Shown here: positions 36,858 through 46,300 of the stretch, in pieces
How the letters are laid out: each line of letters starts with the position of its first letter
Numbering within the stretch: position 1 is the first letter of the stretch
Position numbers and translations under genes: made by a program
Notes under the pieces: model-generated
The model's input: only the letters and a program-made list of their open reading frames with translations
The model's database searches: none
Told to the model about the DNA's origin: nothing
NCBI GenBank assembly: GCA_026396175.1
Contig: JAPLXG010000008.1
Coordinates: 659 to 64,658, forward strand
Length of the DNA: 64,000 nt
Reading direction: 5' to 3'
DNA from: Candidatus Moraniibacteriota bacterium
Lineage (GTDB): Bacteria > Patescibacteriota > Minisyncoccia > Moranbacterales > UBA2206

Positions 36858-37136
36858 CTATGAGCGTAAAAATGATTCCGGTAATCCTGTTGTTATTTTG
36901 CAGGGTATTCCCTCCTGGAGGATGATGTGAACTAACCTCTGTTTAAATGGCCTTGTAATCGGGCGCTTGCCCGCGCTGTGTCGTTGAGACTCCGTAATGA
37001 TATGTGTATCATCGATCTCAACAATTTTATGGCAAGTTGCACCAAAATAAGGTGGCATAAAAATCATAATTCCACCATTTACCAGTGGTTGAATTTGTAC
37101 TTCTTTTCCAATTAAGGCCTTTAATGTGTAAATCAT
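36858..37136 (-). CDS. small hypothetical protein (92 aa)
   Basis: True start MIYTLKALIGKEVQ at 37136, preceded by AGGGGGaacaaATG. The track ORF is extended spuriously upstream. Confidence 0.4.
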   Translation of the reverse strand: MIYTLKALIGKEVQIQPLVNGGIMIFMPPYFGATCHKIVEIDDTHIITESQRHSAGKRPITRPFKQRLVHIILQEGIPCKITTGLPESFLRS

Positions 37137-37153
37137 TTGTTCCCCCTTGAATT

Positions 37154-37438
37154 TTAAATTGTGATTTTCCATGGCTTTCCGACGCATTCAGCGCAGAGAA
37201 ATCGGCCGTCTAGTTTGTTTAGTACGGCCGTCTTAACAGAACTGCCAAGTCGTGACCAAATGCTGACCCTTTCCCTTTCTTTGTTGAAAAGTTTTTTGAC
37301 GGAGACAAAAGTCCATTTGCCAACGTTACCGCTGCATCTATAGCAAAGACTAGAATCAGATTTTTGCTCGAGTCGTATGCCTGCCTTAAAGTAGCGTCCA
37401 TCATAAGTAATATTAATTACGTTTTCTATCATATTCAA
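37154..37438 (-). CDS. small zinc-ribbon protein (94 aa)
   Basis: Strong SD (AGGGAGGttgaatATG). Two CxxC pairs (CYRCSG ... CAECVG). Confidence 0.45.
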   Translation of the reverse strand: MNMIENVINITYDGRYFKAGIRLEQKSDSSLCYRCSGNVGKWTFVSVKKLFNKERERVSIWSRLGSSVKTAVLNKLDGRFLCAECVGKPWKITI

Positions 37439-37560
37439 CCTCCCTTGATTATAACGCTATAGAAGTATAAAGGGCATATTTCCCTTGTTTTTTAAGTAAC
37501 ATTCTAATTCAGCTTTGATAGAATACTATAGCTGATATGTGGCATAAGTCAATAGCGAAA

Positions 37561-37963
37561 AATAAAAAAAAGAAAGCGTACCGTGCAGGATACGCTTAAT
37601 TGCCAAAAAATGCCTAGCCAGACCCTTCAAGCAGGGAATTCGACCTGTATATCTCTTGGGGACATGGATGATACATGCCTTAGTCCGATAACCATTGGGC
37701 GAGCTTACTGCACAAAGCTCAACAACAAGGAGAAAATTGCTTTAGTCCGTTGACGGCCGCTACTCAGTCTTTCGACCTTTCGCCTTTGCTAGGAGAGAAG
37801 AAATCGCTTGCTTGCACTACATTCCTAGCCATGTCCTATTTGGATAGATATTAAATAGCGACACAGCTCCCCATAAAATAGGGCTTCATCTTTTGGCAAT
37901 AGGTAACACTAGCAAAAAGAACTGGTGGTGTCAATTTTTTTTACAGTTAACAGAAATAAAAAT
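37561..37963 (-). ncRNA. ORF-free structured region ending in an intrinsic terminator; candidate ncRNA or long 3'UTR
   Basis: About 400 bp downstream of the LTD-protein gene with no ORF of 60 aa or more. Minus-strand hairpin GCGTAtcctgcacggTACGC plus a T-run at 37561-37595. GC content is higher than the surroundings. No tmRNA, RNase P or SRP signatures could be matched by eye. Confidence 0.25.
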
Positions 37964-39973
37964 CTAAAACATCAGAATAAGTTGATTTAACTTAGCGTTG
38001 ATTTTTTTCCAAAAATAATTGGAGGATTTTGGGGTGGGGGTGTTTTTGGAAATAAATTTTGTCGTTGAAATTCCCAAGACTTGCCCATTGTTTTTTATGA
38101 GGAATTTTTCAGGATTGATATTCGATTTAGCAAAAAGCAAAACTATTTGATTTTTTTGTTTGGTGTACCAAGCCGGATTTTCACTAAACTTTCCCAAGTC
38201 GGACAAATCAAAATCAGCCTTCTCTAATCCTTCTGTGTCACTCTGCTTTTCTTCTGTGCCGTTCTGCGAATTAATCTCTGTAGCATTCTGTGAATTATTT
38301 TCTGTGTCGTTCTGTTTTTCTTCTGCGCCTTTCTGTGATAAAATCCATTGCCAAGCACCACCTTCTTTTTGATATAACTCATCTTCTGAAATAGAATTTT
38401 CGTGATCATATTTGAGTTTATCCGCCACTTTGCCATTTGGATAGCGCAGTTCAATTTTGGCTTGCTTATTTTCCAGTGCGAAAGCGCAAAAGTCACGCGT
38501 CAGCTTTTTGGTCTCATTGGCTTTCAGAATAAAGTTTTTGGTAATTGGATGATTGTAGAGATTTTTCCACCCGGTGGCGACGCTCCAGCCTTTGAGATTA
38601 ATTTTTTTCTTAGTGCCATTAAAAAGTTCCAGCCATTCATTTTTCGAGTCGATGCCTTTGGGATTTGGCGAAAGTGAAACGATTTGCACTTTTGTTTTAC
38701 CGAACTTTTCCACTACAACCGAAAAGCTGAGTAAATTATCTTCGCCGTCCCCGGTGATTTTGAGGCTGGCGGCATAGGCGCCGGATTTTTCATATTTATG
38801 CCGAGTCTTTTTGAGATAACTTTTGTGGTCATCGCCGAAATTCCAAGTGAAATGCTGGGCACCGTCATCCGCTTTCACTTCAAAATTGGCATATACCCCG
38901 GCATAAATTGTTTTGTCTTTTTTGATTTGTCCTGACAGCAGTTCATCGAATTGGTTTTCGGCGCCTTTAGTATCTTTGCTTGTCCATTGCCACGCCGAAC
39001 CGTTCCAAGCGTAAGCGTAATCATATTTGGGTTTTTCATAGCGCACTGAATCGATCGGATTTTCTTTTGTGCTATCCTTGGCAACAAAAAAAGCCGTGTC
39101 CGGCGAAGTATTATTCAGCTCAAAATTTCCTTCCAAAACAAAAAGTTTTTTAGATTCTACTTTTTCATTCGGGAAAAGAACTTTATGATTTTTTTCGTCC
39201 TCGATCCACATTCCGGAAAGATCAATTTTTTCATCAGAGAGATTCTTTATCTCTACGAATTCTTTTCCATCATTTTTGGTTTTTGGCGCAGGAAAAATTT
39301 CGTTGATTTTTAGTTTGCCGGCGTAATCTTTTGCTACTGGCGGGGGAGGTGGCGGTGGAGTGATATAATGGCTATTTCGCGGAGAAGGATTACTTTGCAG
39401 GACAAAATCTAGATTATTATTTTCAGGATGATTGTTTGTTTTTCTTTCTATCGATTGATCGGTTTTTAGTCCACCAGATTGATTAATTTCAAAACCCTTT
39501 GTTCCGGCGGATAAAATAGGTGGATTTTTGAGAAGAGGCGGTTTTTCGCCCCAACTTAATTTATCGATAATATTACCGTCCTTATCAGTGAGAATAACTC
39601 CGCCAATACCAGTCAAAGAAGCACTGCTATAGGCGGCGTCAAAAAAAACTTCAACTGCGCCTGTGCCAAAAAGAAAATAATCCTTGGGACCAATAATTTC
39701 TTTTATCCAAGAAATCTGCTTTGAAGTTGCCCTTCCCGATGAATCGACAAGCTTTAGTTTTATTTCTTTACTTTTCAGATTTATCGGAGAATCACTGGGA
39801 TTATATAGCTCGATAAATTCATTACTGGAGCTGGTAATGCCGACTGCCACTTCGGAAATCAAAAGATGGTTATCTTCCGCTAAACAATTTTTTCCAAAAC
39901 AAAAAATCGCCACCGCCAAAAAAGGTAAAAATATAAACAAACTTATTTTTGTTTTTATATTTTCATTTTTCAC
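37964..39973 (-). CDS. secreted lamin-tail-domain (LTD) protein with PKD-like domain
   Basis: 669 aa with signal peptide. Three LTD signatures ('LLISEVAVG...NEFIELYNPSDSPINL', 'LKINEIFPAPKTKNDGKEFVEIKNLSDEKIDLSGMW', 'QIVSLSPNPKGIDSKNEWLELFNGTKKKINLKGW'). PKD-like 'HFTWNFGDDHKSY...GAYAASLKITGDGED'. Confidence 0.65.
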   Translation of the reverse strand: MKNENIKTKISLFIFLPFLAVAIFCFGKNCLAEDNHLLISEVAVGITSSSNEFIELYNPSDSPINLKSKEIKLKLVDSSGRATSKQISWIKEIIGPKDYFLFGTGAVEVFFDAAYSSASLTGIGGVILTDKDGNIIDKLSWGEKPPLLKNPPILSAGTKGFEINQSGGLKTDQSIERKTNNHPENNNLDFVLQSNPSPRNSHYITPPPPPPPVAKDYAGKLKINEIFPAPKTKNDGKEFVEIKNLSDEKIDLSGMWIEDEKNHKVLFPNEKVESKKLFVLEGNFELNNTSPDTAFFVAKDSTKENPIDSVRYEKPKYDYAYAWNGSAWQWTSKDTKGAENQFDELLSGQIKKDKTIYAGVYANFEVKADDGAQHFTWNFGDDHKSYLKKTRHKYEKSGAYAASLKITGDGEDNLLSFSVVVEKFGKTKVQIVSLSPNPKGIDSKNEWLELFNGTKKKINLKGWSVATGWKNLYNHPITKNFILKANETKKLTRDFCAFALENKQAKIELRYPNGKVADKLKYDHENSISEDELYQKEGGAWQWILSQKGAEEKQNDTENNSQNATEINSQNGTEEKQSDTEGLEKADFDLSDLGKFSENPAWYTKQKNQIVLLFAKSNINPEKFLIKNNGQVLGISTTKFISKNTPTPKSSNYFWKKINAKLNQLILMF

Positions 39974-40002
39974 CCTTCATTTTATACCTAAAAAGTTGAT
40001 AG

Positions 40003-40590
40003 CTAGGTTAGTTCCTCGTGGATTTCTTTACGGATTACTGCGCCAAGATTATCCGCCTCTTTCTTCTCGTAAGTTTTTTGCAAGTTCATAATCAAATCTT
40101 TGATTCCGTAGGGATTGGGAACATGTTTGAAAATAAAGCGCTCCGTTTCGCCGGCTGTTTGGACATAGAGATCGCCGTAGTTGAGAAAAGTTGGGATAAT
40201 GCCCAAAACTTCCACAGTGATATCTTGCACGCGTTCCAATTCCAATTCACTGACATCGCGGGAAAAAAGACCGTTTTGTTCAATATTGACAATCCGTTCA
40301 TTAGTGACAATCCAAACATCAAAATAGTAATCGATCCAAATGATGAAAAAAAACAGCCAGATAAAAATGAAAAAAATGTTTTCCCCAAAAAGAAAGAGGC
40401 TTGTGCTGATGTTGCCATTGAAAGCAGAAAGAAGAGGAGAGGCAAAAACTAAACTGCCGAAAAGCAAAAGGAGCATTGCAAGAATGATCAAAAACTGGCT
40501 CAAGATATCAAACCAGTGCCGGTGCACGACCATCAAAATTTCTTCACCATCTTTTTGTCCTTTGAAATGAAATTGATTGAAATTTTGCAT
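40003..40590 (-). CDS. membrane protein with bacterial PH (bPH_2/YdbT-like) domain
   Basis: 195 aa. Two TM helices, then 'WIVTNERIVNIEQNGLFSRDVSELELERVQDITVE', a typical bPH_2 segment. Confidence 0.5.
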   Translation of the reverse strand: MQNFNQFHFKGQKDGEEILMVVHRHWFDILSQFLIILAMLLLLFGSLVFASPLLSAFNGNISTSLFLFGENIFFIFIWLFFFIIWIDYYFDVWIVTNERIVNIEQNGLFSRDVSELELERVQDITVEVLGIIPTFLNYGDLYVQTAGETERFIFKHVPNPYGIKDLIMNLQKTYEKKEADNLGAVIRKEIHEELT

Positions 40591-40594
40591 AAAG

Positions 40595-40834
40595 TTAAAA
40601 AGCCTTAAAATTATTAGGAATCAAGTTGGTGATTATCATGTTCCAGTCGACAGAAAAAAACAGAATCAGATTGGAAAGCAAAAGAATTGCGGAGACAATT
40701 GTGAAAACCAAAACCAGCAAATGGCTGAAATGAGGATTGATGGAATATTTAACCAGGTGATAGACGATGAAAAAAGAAACCAGCGCGGCGCTTAAGATAA
40801 AAATGGCATAGAGAACAAGAATGATTGCGAGCAT
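40595..40834 (-). CDS. small hypothetical membrane protein
   Basis: 79 aa, two hydrophobic helices. Directly downstream of the bPH gene. Confidence 0.3.
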   Translation of the reverse strand: MLAIILVLYAIFILSAALVSFFIVYHLVKYSINPHFSHLLVLVFTIVSAILLLSNLILFFSVDWNMIITNLIPNNFKAF

Positions 40835-40869
40835 AATATTTTTATAATTTACGTGCTTGAATTAAGTTT

Positions 40870-41008
40870 GTCATCCTGAGCGGAGTCCTGTACTCAGGAC
40901 GCAGTCGAAGGATCTGCTAACCGTAATCCAAAGCTTTCTGTTTAATAGTTGAGCTTACGATAATGGAAAACAGATCCTTCGACTTCGCTCCGCTTCGCTC
41001 AGGATGAC
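40870..41008. repeat. MITE-like inverted-repeat element, copy 2
   Basis: 'gtcatcctgagcggagtcctgtactcaggacgcagtcgaaggatctgc ... cagatccttcgacttcgctccgcttcgctcaggatgac'. Confidence 0.7.
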
Positions 41009-41034
41009 AGAGTCTTGTGCATAAGGCACATCTT

Positions 41035-42033
41035 TTAAATTAACTTAGCAGGAAATTTGATGCCGAGGTGTTTGTATGCCGATTCTGTCGCAACGCGTCC
41101 ACGTGGGGTGCGAGTGAGAAAACCGATTTGCAAAAGATAGGGTTCATAGACATCTTCAATAGTCTTGATTTCTTCCGAAGTGGCCGCGGCAACAGTGGAA
41201 AGGCCCACCGGACCACCGCCAAATTTTTCAATAATGGTGCGCAAAATATGTTTGTCGGCTGGCTCAAGTCCGAGCTCATCGACATCAATCATTTCCAGTG
41301 CTTCCCTGGCTCGCACACTATCAATTGTTGGATAATTTTTGATCTGCGAAAAATCACGCACGCGTTTCAAAAGGCGATTAGCCACGCGCGGAGTGCAACG
41401 GGCGCATTTGGCAATTTCAGCGAGTCCGTCGTCTTCCATTGGCACAGCCAAAATCTTTCCTGAACGCCGGAGAATTCTTTCAATCTCACTAGTTTCATAG
41501 AATTCCAAGCGGTGAATGGCTCCAAAACGATTGCGCAGGGGATTGGAAAGTGAGCCGAGTTTAGTTGTGGCGCCGATTAAAGTAAATTTTGGTAAATCGA
41601 GTTGAATTGTGCGAGCAGATGGTCCTTTGCCAATTACAATATCCAATTTGAAATCTTCCATCGCCGGATAGAGCACTTCTTCAATCGATTTATTCAAACG
41701 ATGAATCTCGTCGATAAAAAGAATATCGCCGTCTTGCAGGTTAGTGAGAATGGAACCAAAATCACCCACGCGCTCAATCGCCGGGCCGGAAGTAGTTTTG
41801 ATACTCACGCCCAGTTCTTTGGCGATAATATTGGCCAGCGTCGTTTTCCCCAATCCCGCCGGTCCATAGAGCAAAACATGCTCAATTTGCTCCTTGCGCT
41901 TTTTGGCGGCCTGGATCAAAATATCCAGATTTTTCTTGACTTTTTCCTGCCCGACATACTCAGAAAAGCTTTGGGGACGGAGGGTGTTGTCGAGGTTGAT
42001 ATCTTCAATTTGCTCAGAGCTGGTAGTAATCAT
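41035..42033 (-). CDS. ruvB: Holliday junction branch-migration ATPase RuvB
   Basis: 332 aa. Walker A '[15 protein letters not shown]', Walker B '[10 protein letters not shown]', sensor and winged-helix C-terminus. Confidence 0.9.
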   Translation of the reverse strand: MITTSSEQIEDINLDNTLRPQSFSEYVGQEKVKKNLDILIQAAKKRKEQIEHVLLYGPAGLGKTTLANIIAKELGVSIKTTSGPAIERVGDFGSILTNLQDGDILFIDEIHRLNKSIEEVLYPAMEDFKLDIVIGKGPSARTIQLDLPKFTLIGATTKLGSLSNPLRNRFGAIHRLEFYETSEIERILRRSGKILAVPMEDDGLAEIAKCARCTPRVANRLLKRVRDFSQIKNYPTIDSVRAREALEMIDVDELGLEPADKHILRTIIEKFGGGPVGLSTVAAATSEEIKTIEDVYEPYLLQIGFLTRTPRGRVATESAYKHLGIKFPAKLI

Positions 42034-42061
42034 TTGTTTAAAAAGGCTTTAATATAGGCGT

Positions 42062-42262
42062 AATAACCAAGAAACTATTAACAAGATACAAGAAACAAGT
42101 GACAAGATGTGGGACAAGAAACAAGATGCAAGAAACAAAAACCAAACAAAATTCAAATTACAAATATCAAAATTCAAACTTTTGGATTATTTGAGATTTG
42201 TAGCCTTGGGTTTTGGAATTTGTTTGTATCTTGTTCCTTGTTTCTTGTAACTTGGTTGAATT
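42062..42262. repeat. iteron-like cluster of ACAAGAAACAAG / CAAGATACAA repeats in both orientations
   Basis: At least 4 direct copies of caagaaaca(ag) at 42068-42140 and inverted copies at 42228-42258. The 18-mer 'caagatacaagaaacaag' is identical to a stretch inside fpg (54815-54850, minus strand). Confidence 0.55.
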
Positions 42263-42596
42263 ATACACCCATTTGACAAAAATCCCAAGATATGCTAGAT
42301 TAGGAAGTCAATGTTTTGCATTTTTTGTGTATTGGCATTGGCAAGCAGTAAATTGCAGGCAATTGGTGGCTTCTATCTTTTGTCATCAATATGGGGAACT
42401 TTTTTCAAGATATGGGTAAAATGGTTAGTTTGCTCCTTGAGCATACTGGCTGCGTTATTCCTCGATTTTGTTTCTTTTCTTGGGCTCCTAGTTCGAGATT
42501 TTTGCCTGCAGATTATTGACCGTGATTTTTGGGATTTAAGGATTGGCATGATTTCATGCGAAATTATAATTGTTTTTTTGACAAAGGAGGTTTGTT

Positions 42597-42761
42597 ATGG
42601 CCGAGCTCGCAATAGTGGTTATGTTGATTGGGGTTATGCTTCAAGCGTGGATTTATGATACCGCGCAGACCAAGGTTATGGAAGAAAACAACAAATTACT
42701 TCGAGAAGTACTTGAAAAGCACGGAGTTTTTATTACAGACGCGGATTTAAAGGAAAAGTAA
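42597..42761 (+). CDS. small membrane protein (54 aa)
   Basis: Below the track cutoff. Strong SD (AAGGAGGtttgttATG). MAELAIVVMLIGVMLQAWIYDTAQTKVMEENNKLLREVLEKHGVFITDADLKEK*. Followed by a terminator. Confidence 0.45.
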   Translation: MAELAIVVMLIGVMLQAWIYDTAQTKVMEENNKLLREVLEKHGVFITDADLKEK

Positions 42762-42787
42762 TCCGGCAACACCGGAAAAAAGTAAGA

Positions 42788-42816
42788 GGCAGACCTAGAG
42801 GAACTGCCTTTTTTTA
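42788..42816 (+). terminator. intrinsic terminator
   Basis: GGCAGacctagaggaaCTGCC followed by ttttttt. Confidence 0.65.
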
Positions 42817-42840
42817 ATTGTCTGAACCGCTCTCAAGTAA

Positions 42841-42934
42841 GGCTAAAGTCTAAATTTGAAATTTGAAATGAATCCTAAATGACTAAATTTTAATTTATCA
42901 TTTTTGAATTTAGCCTTGGTTTAAAATTTTAAAT
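42841..42934. repeat. AT-rich 'aaatttgaaatttgaaatgaatcctaaatg' repeat block
   Basis: Same family as 3941-3985 and 5917-5962. Flanks the second four-helix-bundle gene. Confidence 0.65.
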
Positions 42935-43306
42935 TTAGTCTTTAGACTTTTTCTCAAGCGTTAATATTATTTTTGAGAAAATCATAGTTAGCTCTTGGGC
43001 TTCTTTCCACAGAACTCTACACTGATCTGCATGCTCTTCATTCGCCCTGGCGATAATTTCTAGCCAATATTTAGTTTCTTTGCACTCCTTTTTGCAGATA
43101 TAAATTTTATTCTTAAAATCTTTTCTGGAGCTTGCGCCATTAGCTTCGCAGTAATTTGCACCTACACTTGTTGAAGATCGGACCAGTTGGTTTATTAGAG
43201 GAGAGTTTATCGCATCTCTTTTTAGTTTTTTCAAAAATGAAATAACATCACCACTAAATTTTATAGTCCTTGGTTCAAGGTTATAGTTTTCAGATTTTTT
43301 TGTCAT
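42935..43306 (-). CDS. four-helix-bundle protein (23S rRNA intervening-sequence protein family), paralog of 2283..2657
   Basis: 123 aa. 'IGANYCEANGASSRKDFKNKIYICKKECKETKYWLEI'. Confidence 0.6.
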   Translation of the reverse strand: MTKKSENYNLEPRTIKFSGDVISFLKKLKRDAINSPLINQLVRSSTSVGANYCEANGASSRKDFKNKIYICKKECKETKYWLEIIARANEEHADQCRVLWKEAQELTMIFSKIILTLEKKSKD

Positions 43307-43384
43307 TTTTAAATTTAGAAATTGATTTTAAATTTTTTGCTCCAATCTTATCCTTTGAGGACAAATTTAGCCTTTAGACTTTTT
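43307..43384. repeat. AT-rich repeat block plus the 'ttgctccaatcttatcctttgaggacaaattta' motif
   Basis: The motif is shared with 6010-6050. 'gaaattgattttaaatttt' is shared with 20176-20196. Confidence 0.65.
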
Positions 43385-46300
43385 CTATATCTCTGTCACC
43401 CTCTCCACCTCTTCCAAAGTCGTCTCGCCCTCCAAAACCTTCAAAATCCCATCCTGCGCCATCGTGATCATGCCTTCATCCATGGCTTTTTGGTTTAGTT
43501 CTGATGTGACGGCATTGTGCATTACCGCTTCTTGGATTTCGCGGGAGAATAAAAAGATTTCACTAATTGTGGTGCGGCCTTTGTAGCCGAGGTGGTTACA
43601 CTTATCACAGCCGTTTGGTTTGTAAATTCCAGCTATTTTTGGAATTTCAACTTGCGCTTTTGGACTAATCGTTTTCAAAACTTTTTCCATTTTTTGTTTT
43701 TCTTCCGCTGTTGGTGCGATTTTTGTTTTGCATTCGCAAAGTGTGCGGACCAAGCGTTGGGCGATAAAGGCGTTCACTCCGGAAACGATGTCTTCCGGTT
43801 TGACGCCCATATTAAGCATTCTGGCGACTGCGCCGGAGGCGTTGTTGGTGTGAAGTGTCGAGAGTACTAAATGCCCGGTGAGCGCGGCTTGGACGGCAAT
43901 CTGGGCGGTTTCATTGTCGCGAATTTCACCGATCATCATAATGTCCGGGTTTTGACGGAGCAGTGCGCGCAGAGCTGTGGAAAAGGTATAGCCGTCTTTT
44001 TCACTGACCGGAGTTTGGAGGATGCCTTCCATCTGATATTCAATTGGATCTTCGACTGTGATGATTTTGATTTCCGGATTTTTAATGAGGTTTAAAATGG
44101 CATAGAGCGTGGTCGTTTTTCCACTGCCGGTGGGGCCGGTGTTGAGAACTACACCATTAGGTTTAGAAATTTCATGTTTAATCTTTTCCAAGTTTTGTTT
44201 TCTGATTCCTAGTTTATCCAAATTGAGTTCCACGGAGGATTTGCTGAGGAGCCGCATCACGACCGTTTCACCAAAACCACCAAGAATAATGGAAACGCGG
44301 ATGTCGACTGATTTTTCTTTCAGTTCAGTCAGTTCGTCATCAAAAGTGATACTGAAACGACTATCAATCACGCCTTGGCGCGCTTCAGTTTTCACGCCAC
44401 TGAGCATTTTAACTTGTCCGAGGAAGGTGGTATATTCCGTAAGGGGAAGAGAAGCAATTGTTTGCAAAATTCCATCAATGCGGAAACGGATTTTGACGCT
44501 TTCTTTTTCCGGTTCGATATGAATATCGCCCACTCCCAGAATTTGCGCGGCGGAAAAAATAATCTTGATGGCATCGGTAATTTTTGTTCCGGCGAGGAGC
44601 GTTTGCATTTTAGCAAAATCGTTTACGTTGTCTAATGTTTTATCATAAAATTCTTTCTTGATTGGTAATGTGCTGCCAAGAGTTTGCGCCATCAATTTTT
44701 CATAGATACCTTCCAAAAATTCTCCTTGTCCGGTCACTTTTTTCACTTCGTCAATGGACGTGACGCCGGAAACGGCTTTCAAGATTCCATCTTGAAGCAT
44801 TGTCACCATACCTTCTTCCAAAACGGCCATCGTGATTTCTGTTTCGCCAGCCAAATCAAGAATCATTTTTTCTGTTTCCGGGCTGATAGTGAGCACTTCA
44901 AAAATTCCCATCCGGCCCTTGTAGCCGGTATTGCCGCATTTTAGGCAACCTTTGGGACGATAGAGCTTGTTAATATTTTTGGGAATTTCCACTTTGGCAC
45001 GCGGGGAAATGATGGAAAGAATTTTTTTGATTGATTCAACCGTTTCTCTGGCTGGCACATATTCTTCTTTGCAATCACAAAGTTTGCGCACCAAGCGTTG
45101 TCCAATAATCGCGTTTACTGCCGGAGCGATGAAGGATGGTTTTACGCCCATTTCAATTAGACGCGGGATGGAAGCAATGGCGCTATTGGTGTGGAAAGTG
45201 GAAAGCACAAGGTGCCCCGTGAGAGCGGAATTGACAGCGATATCAGCTGTTTCATCATCACGAATTTCACCGACCAAAATGATATCTGGGTCTTGACGGA
45301 CAATGGCACGCAGTCCAGTGGCAAAAGTATATCCGCGGGCTTTTTCAATTTGCGTTTGTGAGACGCCCTTCAGCTGATATTCAATCGGATCTTCAATAGT
45401 AATGATTTTTTTGTCGGGGGTGTTTAGTTTGCTGATGATGGCATAGAGCGTGGTGGTTTTTCCACTGCCAGTTGGGCCGGTGGTGAGAATCATACCATTG
45501 GGCGCTTCAATCTGTTTTTGCACGATTTCATAGGCGAGTCCTTGCAGACCTAATTCTTCAATATTGACATTGATTGAATCGGGATCAAGAAGACGCATCA
45601 CGATTGATTCGCCGTAGTTGCCCGGAATGGAAGAGGCGCGAATGGCAATTTTTTTATTGGCCAGACTAATGTCAAAGGTGCCATCTTGTGCCATATCAGC
45701 CAGATTGAGTTTCATTCCCGACATCATTTTGATTCTGGTGGCGATTCTTTTGTGGATATTCAAGGGAAAAAAAGCTACGTCTTGCAAAACGCCATCAATG
45801 CGGTAACGCAAGCGAAAATCTTTTTCTTGCGGTTCAATGTGCACGTCCGATGCGCCGAGAGTATAGGCCCCAGCCATAATCGTGTTCATCACATCAGTGA
45901 TTGGCATCTCCTTGATTCTTTCTTTGAGCTCAAGTAAATTTTTAAGTGCTGCTTCGAAATCGGTGAGCTCTTTATCGCCAATGGTCAAATTCAGTTGATC
46001 AAGAATTTCCGTGAAAACAATTTTTTTGTATTTTTCCAAAACCCGCTCGAAATTATATTTGGAGATGATAAACATTTTTATTTTCAAACCTGTCTTCTCG
46101 GAAAAACTTTGAAGAAATTCTTTCACGCCTTCCTGCAGGGGATTGGTGGCAACAATTGTAGCCAATTTGGACTTTTTTTGGATAACAGCCACGCTAAATT
46201 TTCGGGCGTCACTTTCGTCGATCAGTTTCAAGCTATCAATTGAAACGGGTACAATGTTGGTGTCGATATAGGGCAGTTCTAATTTCGCCGCCAGCTGGGC

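Noticed and set aside
37630-37660. tRNA or tmRNA suggested by CAGGTCGAATTCCCTG (T-arm-like)
   Set aside because: No acceptor stem, anticodon arm or CCA-compatible 3' end could be built. GAATTC makes the motif self-complementary, so the resemblance is likely fortuitous.
42311-42658. 115-aa ORF in the ruvB upstream spacer
   Set aside because: No SD, Cys/Phe/Leu-rich low-complexity translation, and it overlaps the start of the SD-supported 54-aa gene at 42597.
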